Assembly (NCBI GenBank): GCA_031411135.1
Contig: JANOAN010000007.1
Span: forward strand, 4,214-68,213
Direction of reading: 5' to 3'
Origin: a bacterium
Lineage (GTDB): Bacteria; Patescibacteriota; Minisyncoccia; Phycocordibacterales; CAIZLB01
Length of the DNA stretch: 64,000 nt
Position numbers and translations under genes: made by a program. Positions 54,628 to 64,000 of this stretch are shown here, one piece after another; within the stretch, counting starts at the first letter, position 1, and every line of letters starts with the position of its first letter. The notes under the pieces were generated by a model. That model ran no database searches, was not told where the DNA came from, and worked only from the letters and a program-made list of their open reading frames with translations.

Positions 54628-55536
54628 ATGAAAATTATCTTTCATAAAATAGTTCACCTTTTCCTCCGTGCACTTTTTTACCTATGGAGCTTTATAGCTA
54701 CAGTCGCACTATATCTCTGTATTGGGTATACAAGTTCCTTAGCGCTCATACTGCTCTCTGTAATCGGATTTGCTTTTACATCGATTTTTCGTAATCAAGT
54801 TTGGCGACGCTTTGTCGTGCATAAAAAACTTCAAACCAAAAAAACCATTCTCAGTGAGTTCATAATATTTTCGCTACTATGTCAGTTTTTCCTACTTGCT
54901 GTATTTCCAGTCAGCTCACTTCTTCCAAAATCAATACTTGAATCCATAAAAATCACCCATTATGTAGAAGGGGAAGAATGTAATATTGAAGCTTATATAA
55001 ACGAAGCAAAAAACTTTTGGGGTGATCAAATTGATTTTACTAAAGTTAACGTTGTCGAAGGGGGAATAATGAAAAATTTACATTACTTGCAAAAAATAGG
55101 TTGGATAGCTAAGGACAATAATTATGTCCGTGACGCAAACGTTTTCGGAAGTACAATATATGTAGCTGACGCATCCGCTTGCTTATCAAAACCTACGATT
55201 TTTCACGAATTGACGCATGTGTGGCAGGTACAAAATACAGTTATCTTCGGCCCCGAACTTATCCCAGATTTCATCCACATTACATACCAACAGTTTTATG
55301 ATCCACACACCCCTTACGATTATGGAGGCTATTACGGACTTAAAAAAGCAAAGGAAGAAGGTAAGGCTTTCCTTGATTTCGGCATGGAACAGCAGGCTAT
55401 GATAGTCCAGCACCTAAGGTGGTTTAATGATGGTCTTGTATTTACGGAAGAGGAAGGGGGGAAGGTCTATACCGAGGCGTATAAGTCTATTTTAGAGGAG
55501 TATGTCAACGAAATGCTCTCTTTTAAGCGCTCTTAA
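54628..55536 (+). CDS. membrane protein with C-terminal HExxH zinc-metallopeptidase-like domain resembling DUF4157
   Basis: Four N-terminal TM helices; …STIYVADASACLSKPTIFHELTHVWQVQN… (HELTHVxQ is the hallmark of DUF4157). Confidence 0.55.
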   Translation: MKIIFHKIVHLFLRALFYLWSFIATVALYLCIGYTSSLALILLSVIGFAFTSIFRNQVWRRFVVHKKLQTKKTILSEFIIFSLLCQFFLLAVFPVSSLLPKSILESIKITHYVEGEECNIEAYINEAKNFWGDQIDFTKVNVVEGGIMKNLHYLQKIGWIAKDNNYVRDANVFGSTIYVADASACLSKPTIFHELTHVWQVQNTVIFGPELIPDFIHITYQQFYDPHTPYDYGGYYGLKKAKEEGKAFLDFGMEQQAMIVQHLRWFNDGLVFTEEEGGKVYTEAYKSILEEYVNEMLSFKRS

Positions 55537-55673
55537 CCACCTCCTTTACTTCCCAACACATCCAATGTATACTTTCATCGTTCCTGAATCTCTCCAGCCT
55601 AGGTTGTGGTAATTGCACAAGGGTCACGAGACGGTCGTTAGGGATTAAAAATTACACACAAATAGACAAATAA

Positions 55674-55997
55674 ATGGCAATTAAGAAAATTTACGTTGGT
55701 AACCTTTCATGGGGAATGACAACAGAATCATTAAAAGCTGCTTTTTCAGAATTCGGAGAAGTCTCTAATCCAATCGTTATGGTTGATAAGATGACTGGCC
55801 GATCACGAGGCTTCGGCTTCATTGAAATGGAAGACGCGGCGGCTGATGCAGCTATTGCAGCTATGAACGGTAAGAATGTTGATGGACGAGACCTCGTTGT
55901 AAACGAAGCTCGACCAAAGACAGACATGCCACCAGAAAGACGATCATTCAATGGTCCTCGCCGAGATAACGGTATGGGTGGTGGCGGACGATTCTAA
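55674..55997 (+). CDS. RRM-type RNA-binding protein (glycine-rich C-terminus)
   Basis: RNP-2 IYVGNL and RNP-1 RGFGFIEM motifs. Confidence 0.85.
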   Translation: MAIKKIYVGNLSWGMTTESLKAAFSEFGEVSNPIVMVDKMTGRSRGFGFIEMEDAAADAAIAAMNGKNVDGRDLVVNEARPKTDMPPERRSFNGPRRDNGMGGGGRF

Positions 55998-56009
55998 TAC
56001 AATCGAACG

Positions 56010-56044
56010 TTGTAACCAACAAACAAAAAACACCGCACTAGTTG
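56010..56044 (+). terminator. intrinsic terminator
   Basis: aaaaacaccgcaactagttgcggtgttttttgtttt. Confidence 0.65.
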
Positions 56045-56089
56045 CGGTGTTTTTTGTTTTGGAGAAAAAATATATGCTAGAATTATCTC

Positions 56090-56815
56090 ATGAATAAAAA
56101 TGGCGCAGTAAATTTTGTCATTCATAAAATCAATGCAAAAAATCATCCTGTAACTATTGCGGAATTTTTGGCTCGTATGGGGTATAGTCACGAACAAATT
56201 TCTGAAGCTTTTATTGAAGTTGGAAAAACAACAGACAAGCTTCACCAAGAATTAATTGCGGGAAATGATTTTCTGCCAACTTTAAATGAAAATCTCGAAG
56301 ACTATTTTAAGGTGGGAAATTTAAAAATCTTTAAAAAAATTATTATCTTACCAGAACCAACAAAGGTATTATTAAAAATTCCAAAAACTTTGTTTCCGTA
56401 TCCAGCCCCTGCACCTGTGGTTGTAGATTTAATGAAGAGGGGTAAAAATATTGAAACAACTCGCCATGTTTTTGCATTTAGATTTTTGTACGCCTTGTCG
56501 ATGTCGGTTTTAGGAATAGTAATTTCATATGTTTTTATAAAATCAGAAAAATTAAGTTTCACTTGGAGTGGTAATTTAGCCCCGATTATATTAGGTGTTA
56601 TTTTTACTATATACATTCTACAATTGTTCGCTCACAGACTTCAAAATGCTGGAATGAGCCCCCTGTTAGCGCTTCTAATCCTAACTCCGATCCTGTCCAC
56701 CGTGACAGACCTCTCTTTGATAGATCAAAGACTTATCCTAATTCTGTCGTGTATTCCCATCCTGAGCGTCTTTATATTAGCGATGTTGTTGCCACCGCAC
56801 CGTTATAAGCTATAA
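56090..56815 (+). CDS. hypothetical membrane protein (241 aa)
   Basis: Soluble N-terminal part followed by four TM helices. Confidence 0.45.
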   Translation: MNKNGAVNFVIHKINAKNHPVTIAEFLARMGYSHEQISEAFIEVGKTTDKLHQELIAGNDFLPTLNENLEDYFKVGNLKIFKKIIILPEPTKVLLKIPKTLFPYPAPAPVVVDLMKRGKNIETTRHVFAFRFLYALSMSVLGIVISYVFIKSEKLSFTWSGNLAPIILGVIFTIYILQLFAHRLQNAGMSPLLALLILTPILSTVTDLSLIDQRLILILSCIPILSVFILAMLLPPHRYKL

Positions 56816-56822
56816 TAGAGAT

Positions 56823-57143
56823 ATGGATAAATTAGTGCACGCTGACATTTTCTTTTTCATAACAACTTGCGCTATTGTTCTTTTAACAATTATTTTAGCA
56901 GTAGCGTTTGTGTATGGAATCTTTATTGCAAAGAATGTTAATTATGTGGTCAAGAAAATTAAAGAAGAAAGCGACAATATTTCAGGAGACATCGCACACG
57001 CCAGGCAAAAAATTAGAGAACAGGGAATGAAGGTGGCTTCTTATGTGGAATTTTTCAGATCTCTTGTAAGTTTCGGTTCAGCAAAAAAAGCGAAAAAAAG
57101 ATCTTCTAAAAAGACAGAGGAAGACTCTGAAGTTACAAATTAA
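56823..57143 (+). CDS. small membrane protein with Lys-rich tail (106 aa)
   Basis: One TM helix; basic C-terminus. Confidence 0.4.
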   Translation: MDKLVHADIFFFITTCAIVLLTIILAVAFVYGIFIAKNVNYVVKKIKEESDNISGDIAHARQKIREQGMKVASYVEFFRSLVSFGSAKKAKKRSSKKTEEDSEVTN

Positions 57144-57160
57144 TTTAAAATAAAAACACT

Positions 57161-57526
57161 ATGAAAACAACAACAAAAGTGGCCGGTATTATTGGAGGAG
57201 TTGCTGCGGCAGCTCTCGGTGCGTATTTTTACGCAAAAACACCAAAAGGTAAGAAGAAAGTGACTGAAATAAAAACCAAAGCTAGCCTATGGGCAAATCA
57301 GGCAAAACGTGATATTTTGAAGCACGTAAAGAAGCTTAAAACCGTTAGTCAAAAGGACTATCACACCGTAGTCGATGCAGTTATGAAGAAGTATAAAGAG
57401 GTTAAGAAATTGGCTCCAAAGGAGGTGGCACTAGTTGCTGGCGAACTCAAAAAACACTGGAATAATGCAAAAAAAGAAATTACCAAAAAAGTCACAAAGC
57501 ACATCAAAGACGACCTCGTGGGGTAA
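57161..57526 (+). CDS. small Lys-rich membrane-anchored protein (121 aa)
   Basis: N-terminal TM; highly basic helical remainder. Confidence 0.4.
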   Translation: MKTTTKVAGIIGGVAAAALGAYFYAKTPKGKKKVTEIKTKASLWANQAKRDILKHVKKLKTVSQKDYHTVVDAVMKKYKEVKKLAPKEVALVAGELKKHWNNAKKEITKKVTKHIKDDLVG

Positions 57527-58262
57527 GGTTGATGATTGGTATGACGACTATGTCGAAGACCCAGAGTCTTACCATCAAAAGGTCGTAGAGCCGAATCTAA
57601 TTCGAATTCTCGGTGACGTCTCAGGAAAACACATACTTGATCTAGGTTGTGGACAAGGTTATTTTTGCCGACTACTTGCACAAAAAGGTGCAATTGTGTC
57701 AGGCGTTGATGTTAGTCCGGAACTTATAGAAAAAGCCACAGAGAGATCAAGTGACTTGAAAATTAGATACGTTGTCTCTCCGGCCGAAGATTTATTTTCT
57801 TTTGCAGGTCAGTCGCAGGATGTTGTTATATCTATTCTTGCAACTCAGAATATGCGTGAACTAGATAGGGTCATTGCCGAAGTAAAACGAGTTTTAAAAG
57901 ATGGTGGACGTTTCATTTTTGTTTTAAACCATCCTGCATTTCGAGTTCCACAGGATTCTGATTGGTACTATAATTCTGAAAATAAAAAACAAGGGAGAAT
58001 AGTTACTCGATATATGTCAGAAGCTTCAATAAAGATCGATATGCATCCAGGGAGCACACAAAAAACCTTCACATACTCTTTTCACAGACCTCTTCAGGTT
58101 TTTGTAAAATGGCTTGCGAAAAACAACTTAGGCATTACTCGCCTTGAAGAATGGATTTCCCACAAAGAAAGTGCTAATGGTCCTCGTAAAGATGCCGAAG
58201 ACAAGGCTAGAAAGGAGATTCCATTGTTTATGTGCATAGAAGCCCGTCTCTTGGTACAATAA
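57465..58262 (+). CDS. class I SAM-dependent methyltransferase
   Basis: Motif I ILDLGCGQGYF; LKDGGRFIFV. Start is uncertain: Met at 57465 overlaps the upstream ORF, while the track's ORF opens at 57435. Confidence 0.65.
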   Translation: MQKKKLPKKSQSTSKTTSWGKVDDWYDDYVEDPESYHQKVVEPNLIRILGDVSGKHILDLGCGQGYFCRLLAQKGAIVSGVDVSPELIEKATERSSDLKIRYVVSPAEDLFSFAGQSQDVVISILATQNMRELDRVIAEVKRVLKDGGRFIFVLNHPAFRVPQDSDWYYNSENKKQGRIVTRYMSEASIKIDMHPGSTQKTFTYSFHRPLQVFVKWLAKNNLGITRLEEWISHKESANGPRKDAEDKARKEIPLFMCIEARLLVQ

Positions 58263-58275
58263 TGCATATAAAACT

Positions 58276-59382
58276 ATGAGCATTCTACGAGGCGTTCTCA
58301 TCCTAATAGTCTTCTTCCTAGGCCTCTATATCCTGAGAGACCATTCTGATCCTACGGGCTCAACTCTGAAATCAGGATATGTAAGCCCTTTTGTGCAGTT
58401 TTATAATGATATAAAGTCGTCAACTACGAACCTCCCTGGATTTTTGAAAAACGATAATCCTCAATTGTTTAATATGTTTGGATATGCGGGGGTAGGGACT
58501 GTTGATTTGCCAACGGCTACTACTTCTCCGGTTGCTGAAAATCCAACAATTGAAGATCAGTATAAGAGTTCATCAACTAATACACAGCAAGTGCCGACCA
58601 TTAAAGAACCAGTTAAAAGTAATAATAAGCCGATTGTTGTTCCACCAAAAACAACTCCAATAGTTACTCCGGTCGCTCCAAAAGTTCCTCTGACCCCCGT
58701 TGGTTCGACTGATAGCGAACTTTCTCCTGATGGAATTGTTCAATATACAAACGTGGAAAGGTTAAAGGCTGGTTTAAGTACACTTAAAATAAACGCAAGA
58801 TTGACCGCATCTGCAGGCAATAAACTGCAAGACATTTTTAAGCAACAATATTTCGAGCATATTTCGCCATCTGGTCACGGTGTCTCTGATCTTACAAAGC
58901 AATCAAGTTATGACTATGTAATAGTTGGAGAAAACCTTGCATTAGGAAGTTTTGGTTCAAATCAAGCACTACTTTCAGCGTGGATGGCAAGCCCAGGACA
59001 CAAGGCAAACATTATTGATCCACGTTATCAGGATATTGGCGTAGCAGTAGGTAGGGGGATGTTCCAAGGCTCAATGCAATGGGTTGCAGTTCAGCATTTC
59101 GGAAAACCACTAGCTGCGTGTGTTCATCTTGATCCGGCACTTAAGGCAGGTATAGAATTAAATAAAAGCGTGCTTATAGAGCTTGAGAAAAAAATTACTA
59201 TATTAAAAAACCAAATAGATGGACTAACTGGTGTGGCGTATCGAGAAAAGGCTGAAGAATATAACGAAGCAGTAAAAGACTATAATGTCCGACTGATTAC
59301 CTTACAGAGTGATGTTGCAAAGTATAATAAAACAGCAGAAGAATTTAATGCATGTATTGGAAGTAATCCGAATAAGGTTTAG
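58276..59382 (+). CDS. membrane-anchored CAP/SCP (PR-1-like, YkwD-type) domain protein with Pro/Thr-rich linker and C-terminal coiled coil
   Basis: …IVGENLALGSF…WMASPGHKANIIDPRYQDIGVAV… CAP-domain motifs. Confidence 0.65.
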   Translation: MSILRGVLILIVFFLGLYILRDHSDPTGSTLKSGYVSPFVQFYNDIKSSTTNLPGFLKNDNPQLFNMFGYAGVGTVDLPTATTSPVAENPTIEDQYKSSSTNTQQVPTIKEPVKSNNKPIVVPPKTTPIVTPVAPKVPLTPVGSTDSELSPDGIVQYTNVERLKAGLSTLKINARLTASAGNKLQDIFKQQYFEHISPSGHGVSDLTKQSSYDYVIVGENLALGSFGSNQALLSAWMASPGHKANIIDPRYQDIGVAVGRGMFQGSMQWVAVQHFGKPLAACVHLDPALKAGIELNKSVLIELEKKITILKNQIDGLTGVAYREKAEEYNEAVKDYNVRLITLQSDVAKYNKTAEEFNACIGSNPNKV

Positions 59383-59384
59383 TT

Positions 59385-60557
59385 CTACTGCTTTAGCTCA
59401 AACGTATATCTCAACCCTCCCAAAAAGACCAAAATTCCCATTGCGAGAAAAATATATTGAACACCAAAATAGGTGATAGATAAATATGAAATAAAAGGAA
59501 TAATTAAATACGGCATAGCCCTAGTCATCCTAAAGATACTGACATAAGAAGCATTTTCGGTGCTGATATGTCTGAAGAAATAGCTTTCAGTTGAGACTTC
59601 AACAAAACTAGCCCCAATACGCGAAATGAAAAGAAGGGCAGTCCAGAGGATAAAATTATGTTCAACAATAAAAAACATTAAAATTGTCGCAATTGACATG
59701 ATTAAAAAGCCTGTAACTAAAACCTGCTTTTCATCGTGTTCGCGGTCCTCGATACTTCCCAAGGGAATTTGAAAAAGAATGAAAGGTAACAGCATAATAC
59801 TAAACATTGTGCCTATTTCGGGCCAGCTGAAGCCTAGGTTTACGTTTAGGTGTATTGGCATGTAAATAACCATAATAGCGTAGAAAAAATGGAGAATGAG
59901 GTTATCTTTAAAAATATTCGACAAATTCACATCAGCAAAAAATGACTTCAAAGATGTTTTAAATGGTAGGGCAGTATAAGCAGGATCCTTGAAATCTTTA
60001 AAGTTCATAATCATTATTATGATAAATGGGACCAGGAAGATGGCAGATATAAAGTAAATTTTCCAGTATTCGGGCTTTACTAAAATAAGCCCCACGATGA
60101 TAGGGGCAATAGCCGGCGGAATATTCATGATTGTTAAGTATGTCCCGCGAATACTTCCTATGTTTGCAGTAGATGAGATCTTTTCTAAAAATATATCAAT
60201 GGTATATAGAAGCACTGGTGACAAAGCTTGATGGGCTACAAATAAAATCGTCAAAACGATCGGGTTTGAAAATGTAGCTAAGCCTGTGAGGACTGCTATT
60301 TCAAGAAAACTCAGATATAAAGTAAATTTGAAATTACCATAACGCGACAATATTTTTGCCGCGTTCATGAATATTAGTATGTTAAATATTGCTCCAATTC
60401 CAAAAAACAATGCTACCCACTTCGCCCCCACAAGGGTAGTCAAGTACGAAGAGTTTATGAAGTAGACAAAGAAAAAATTGAACGCCAGCAATAAGGCAGA
60501 GATAAATACTATTATGAAGTTTTTAGCGTGCTTTAATTCACCCGCAACTTTTTCCAT
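59385..60557 (-). CDS. MFS-type transporter (12 TM)
   Basis: 390 aa; 12 hydrophobic segments in a 6+6 arrangement. Confidence 0.65.
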   Translation of the reverse strand: MEKVAGELKHAKNFIIVFISALLLAFNFFFVYFINSSYLTTLVGAKWVALFFGIGAIFNILIFMNAAKILSRYGNFKFTLYLSFLEIAVLTGLATFSNPIVLTILFVAHQALSPVLLYTIDIFLEKISSTANIGSIRGTYLTIMNIPPAIAPIIVGLILVKPEYWKIYFISAIFLVPFIIIMIMNFKDFKDPAYTALPFKTSLKSFFADVNLSNIFKDNLILHFFYAIMVIYMPIHLNVNLGFSWPEIGTMFSIMLLPFILFQIPLGSIEDREHDEKQVLVTGFLIMSIATILMFFIVEHNFILWTALLFISRIGASFVEVSTESYFFRHISTENASYVSIFRMTRAMPYLIIPFISYLSITYFGVQYIFLAMGILVFLGGLRYTFELKQ

Positions 60558-60580
60558 ATGTTACCGACCATTTTAACACA

Positions 60581-62608
60581 CTAAATGCAAAGCATCACAG
60601 GGATAACAATTGGTTTTTTGGCAGTTTGCTGGAAGATGAACTTTGTTAAAGTCTCTGAAACCACATCTTTAACGTAATCGATGTTGATAGGGTACATTCC
60701 TTCAGTGGCACGCTCCACTGTTCGCTTGATTAGATTGCGACTCTCACGCAACAACTCTTGTGACTCCCTCAAATACACAGACCCTCTTGAGATGATGTCC
60801 GGAGACTTCTTCAATTTACCGGTAGCGGCATTAATAAGCCCTACAACCACATAAAAACCTTCCTGCGCCAATACCTGTCTATCTCGGATAACTACGTCCT
60901 GAACGTCACCAATCGTGAATCCGTCCACCATAACGGTGTTATCAGGAGCTTTGACGGCCAATTTAACGATTTTTGCTCCGTTATCCTGAATTTCAATAAT
61001 GTTACAGTCGTCAGACACAATGACGTGATCTGCGGGCATACCTAATTGAACCGCCAATTCTGCGTGCAATTTTAAACGGTAGTGGTTTCCGTGAACTGGG
61101 ATAAAGAATTTAGGTTGAATCTTTCGGTGCAACCATTCGATTTCACCACGGTTAGCGTGACCTGTAGAGTGAATGTACAAATCAGAAGTTCTGTATTCAA
61201 CAATTTTTGCACCCAATCTCGCAAAGTTATCCTTCAATTTTTCTACAGCCCTTTCGTTTCCAGGAATAATAGATGAAGACAATAGAACCGTGTCGCGATT
61301 ATTGATAATCACGTATTTGTGACTCTTTGTAGACATTCGCATAAGAGCAGCGAATTCGTCTCCTTGTGCTCCTGTTGCAAGAACGACGATTTTGTCTGGC
61401 GGGTACTGAGGCATGTCTTGTGATGAAATCACAGTACCTTTTTGAAGTTTAATAACACCAGCTTCGATACAAATGTCGATGTTGGTCTTCATACTTCGGC
61501 CCTCGATGACCAATTTCTTTCCGTACTTTTCACAACATTCAACTACCTTGGCGATTCGATGAACGTGCGAGGCGAACATTCCCATAATTAATCTTCCCTG
61601 AGAATTTTTGATGATTTCTTCTAAACTTTCGTGAACGATATGTTCAGGAGTAGAAAATCCTGGGTTTTCAATGTTTGTTGATTCACCAAGTAGAAGAAGA
61701 TTTTTCTGGTCTTTGAAAACAGAATACGCTTTTTCTTCAGCAGGGTCTACGACGCCATCCTTGTGAGTCAATTTGAAGTCTCCCGGAGTAATAATATTTC
61801 CGTAAGGAGTCTTGATGATAATACCAAGTGAATCTGGAATACTGTGAGTTACGTTGAAGAACTCGACGTTGATAGCACCGATAATTATCTTGTCGGTTGA
61901 TTCGACAACTTTGTAATTGATAGGGGAAGCATGAGGAAATTCTGCCTGTCGCTTTTTAATCATGAGCGCAGTTAAATTTCTGGTATACATCGGCGGATTA
62001 CCGATTCTTTCCATGATGTAAGGAATACCTCCAACGTGGTCGAGGTGACCGTGAGTGATGATGATGGCGCGGACTTTATCTTTTCTTTCCTCCAAATATT
62101 TAGTGTTTGGAATAATATAGTCAATTCCAGGAGTATCTTCTTGTTTGAATTTAAATCCTGCGTCAATAACAATAATGTCATTGCCCATTTCAACCATTGT
62201 CATGTTCATTCCGATTTCTTCTACTCCTCCCAAAGGAATAATTCGGATATTACCAGGTGCAAGTGGCGGGATAACGGTCGCCTTTGGCTGTTGCATTTGG
62301 CCGTCAGCGTCTTTAAATTGACGAGGCGCTACAGTATAAGAGCGATTAGGTGATCGCATAGGGCGTCTGCCGTTCTTGATCTTCATACTACTTAGGAAGT
62401 ATGGCTTTGGGGCAGCCATTCCCATGGGTGCTGGAGCAGAGGCCGCTTGTGGGGCGATTATGGGTGCAGGTGTTGCTAATTGTGGAGCAGGCGGTCGAAG
62501 GATCGGACCGTTTTTATTGTTTCTATTTCCAAAAGGCATGTAAGGCACGCGCTTGAAAGGACTGCGATCATTATTGTTTCTTGGGTTGTTATTGTTTGGT
62601 GTGTTCAT
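60581..62608 (-). CDS. rnj: Ribonuclease J with ~110-aa low-complexity N-terminal extension
   Basis: Metallo-beta-lactamase HGHLDHVGG motif; beta-CASP and C-terminal RNase J domain. The N-terminus is Asn/Pro/Ala-rich (MNTPNNNNPRNNNDRSP…APAPMGMAAP…). Confidence 0.85.
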   Translation of the reverse strand: MNTPNNNNPRNNNDRSPFKRVPYMPFGNRNNKNGPILRPPAPQLATPAPIIAPQAASAPAPMGMAAPKPYFLSSMKIKNGRRPMRSPNRSYTVAPRQFKDADGQMQQPKATVIPPLAPGNIRIIPLGGVEEIGMNMTMVEMGNDIIVIDAGFKFKQEDTPGIDYIIPNTKYLEERKDKVRAIIITHGHLDHVGGIPYIMERIGNPPMYTRNLTALMIKKRQAEFPHASPINYKVVESTDKIIIGAINVEFFNVTHSIPDSLGIIIKTPYGNIITPGDFKLTHKDGVVDPAEEKAYSVFKDQKNLLLLGESTNIENPGFSTPEHIVHESLEEIIKNSQGRLIMGMFASHVHRIAKVVECCEKYGKKLVIEGRSMKTNIDICIEAGVIKLQKGTVISSQDMPQYPPDKIVVLATGAQGDEFAALMRMSTKSHKYVIINNRDTVLLSSSIIPGNERAVEKLKDNFARLGAKIVEYRTSDLYIHSTGHANRGEIEWLHRKIQPKFFIPVHGNHYRLKLHAELAVQLGMPADHVIVSDDCNIIEIQDNGAKIVKLAVKAPDNTVMVDGFTIGDVQDVVIRDRQVLAQEGFYVVVGLINAATGKLKKSPDIISRGSVYLRESQELLRESRNLIKRTVERATEGMYPINIDYVKDVVSETLTKFIFQQTAKKPIVIPVMLCI

Positions 62609-62638
62609 TTTGTTTTTTTATAATTTGTTAATTTTTTT

Positions 62639-64000
62639 TTATTTAAATACCTTTAAGGTTCTCTTGGTGTCGGTATGCCATAAACTTGAGTAATACAGAC
62701 GTTCGTTACCGGAATCAATTGCATCTATGTTAATTCCTATGATTGAATGTGATGCGAATAATAAATAGTCTGGCGAATAAAGGAAGATGGCAGGTACATC
62801 TTTCTGAATTTCACTGTTAATAGTGGAAATAAGGGCTTGCTGATCTGTGCTAGATGAGACCACCCGAAGTTTTTCGAGGGCAGAGTCTACTTTTTTGTTT
62901 GCATAAAGAGCAAGGTTTAATCCCATGTCTTTTTGTTGAGAAGAGTGCCAGAAAGGGTATAGATCAAGATCTCGTCCGACAACTTGTCCAAATAATAGAA
63001 TATCGTATTTTCGAGGACGGATTACTTTATCAGAAAGATCTGAAGATTCGTAAATCTGTACAGTCACATCAGCTCCAACGTTTTTCCACACATCTGAAAC
63101 ATACTGTGCAATTGCTTTTAATTCCGGAGAATTAGAAGTTGAGATTGAAAAAGACAGTCGTGTATTTGTAGTTTTCTTGTTTAAAGTTGTTTGCTTCTGA
63201 AAGATTCCATCATCGCCCTTTTTCCATCCCTTATCAGTTAAAGTTTTTTGAGCAAGGGTGATCCTTTCATCTTTTGATAAAGTAGTTGTAGAAGTCATAG
63301 AAATCATTCCGGGTATGGGTGTGTTTGTAATTTTTCCAAGGCCATCTCGCACGGCCGATAGTAGATCGACTCGATCAATTGATTGCTCTAAAGCATTTCG
63401 AACTTCGGAATTTAATAAAACAGGGTCATTGCTTTGATTAAAAAATAGCGAATAAGTTCTTGGTAAAAGTGGGCTAACAAGATTAGTTTTATTTAAAGCA
63501 TTTTTTTCAGCTCGATATGAATCAGTAGATACACCTGCAACAATATCGGCTTTTCCACCTATTACCGCCTTTATTGCCGAGTCTTCGTCTTTGTACATGT
63601 CAAAAACGTAAGTACCTACATAAGGTTTCTCTAGAATGTACTTATTAAATGTTGTTAATGTGTATTGTGATACTACACCGGGCTCTGATTCTTTAGAGGA
63701 AGCTACTTTGTAAGACCCCGATCCAATTGGTTTTCGGTTCAATGGGCTTATATCGAAAGTTTCAGGTGTTGTGCTTGCCCACAGATGTGCAGGTAAAATT
63801 CCTAAAGTTAAATTTTGAACGAAAGGTTCATAAGGTTGAGGAAGGCTAAATTGAACAGTTCTGTCATCAATTTTTTTCACTTCAACACCTACCCAGTTTC
63901 CAGCAATTGGACTTTTTATAGATGGATCTTTTATTTTCTGAACCGTGAATACAACATCATCGGCTGTAAGCGGAGCGTTATCATGAAAAGTCACTCCGTC
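62639..64000 (-). CDS. ABC transporter substrate-binding protein, family 5 (peptide/nickel type); N-terminus lies beyond the window edge
   Basis: …NAPLTADDVVFTVQKIKDP… and overall SBP_bac_5-like pattern. The ORF runs to the window end with no upstream stop. Confidence 0.7.
   Translation of the reverse strand, partial: DGVTFHDNAPLTADDVVFTVQKIKDPSIKSPIAGNWVGVEVKKIDDRTVQFSLPQPYEPFVQNLTLGILPAHLWASTTPETFDISPLNRKPIGSGSYKVASSKESEPGVVSQYTLTTFNKYILEKPYVGTYVFDMYKDEDSAIKAVIGGKADIVAGVSTDSYRAEKNALNKTNLVSPLLPRTYSLFFNQSNDPVLLNSEVRNALEQSIDRVDLLSAVRDGLGKITNTPIPGMISMTSTTTLSKDERITLAQKTLTDKGWKKGDDGIFQKQTTLNKKTTNTRLSFSISTSNSPELKAIAQYVSDVWKNVGADVTVQIYESSDLSDKVIRPRKYDILLFGQVVGRDLDLYPFWHSSQQKDMGLNLALYANKKVDSALEKLRVVSSSTDQQALISTINSEIQKDVPAIFLYSPDYLLFASHSIIGINIDAIDSGNERLYYSSLWHTDTKRTLKVFK

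Noticed and set aside
1-64000. CRISPR array or cas genes
   Set aside because: No series of regularly spaced identical 25-40-bp repeats anywhere. The only repeat arrays are the degenerate iterons (30060-30224) and intragenic coding repeats. No Cas-like ORFs.
1-64000. Alternative genetic code (code 25/4, UGA as sense) suggested by two in-frame TGAs
   Set aside because: Long genes (dnaE 1074 aa, valS 708 aa, giant surface genes) are uninterrupted under the standard code, and TGA is used as a terminal stop (e.g. 25063-25065). A global reassignment would fragment these genes. Local recoding is kept as a low-probability finding.

Overview
This window reads as a low-GC, gene-dense chromosome segment with the hallmarks of a Candidate Phyla Radiation/Patescibacteria-like genome. 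Housekeeping genes dominate: dnaE, rnhB, rpmF, a nusB fusion, rnc, a short smc, valS, tsaD, trxB-ftsZ-dacB-like-ftsA, ybeY, rpsU, trpS, rnj, a tRNA-Val and three giant secreted surface proteins with peptidoglycan-binding domains.

The most interesting stretch is a probable integrated mobile island at about 24.2-33.7 kb, GC-richer than the backbone. It is bounded on the right by a large serine recombinase next to a Nudix gene and tRNA-Val. It carries a five-copy iteron-like repeat array upstream of a Rep-like hypothetical, a SAM methyltransferase, and a roughly 1090-codon protein with an N-terminal Mrr-type PD-(D/E)xK nuclease domain. That protein's reading frame is interrupted by a single in-frame TGA; it may be a novel defence gene.

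Other notable items:
- Two type II toxin-antitoxin pairs (HigBA-like and YafQ/DinJ-like).
- An orphan roughly 370-nt promoter-to-terminator unit with no ORF, which I propose as a candidate ncRNA.
- A DipZ-like CcdA-thioredoxin fusion gene disrupted three times (G7 homopolymer frameshift, in-frame TGA, (TA)5 slip).
- A NusB fused to a degenerate Nudix-like domain.
- A DUF4157-type HExxH protein cluster.
- A secreted repeat protein with an LPXTG-like C-terminal anchor.

No CRISPR array and no rRNA genes were seen. All family assignments rest on motif recognition by eye and need HMM or BLAST confirmation.
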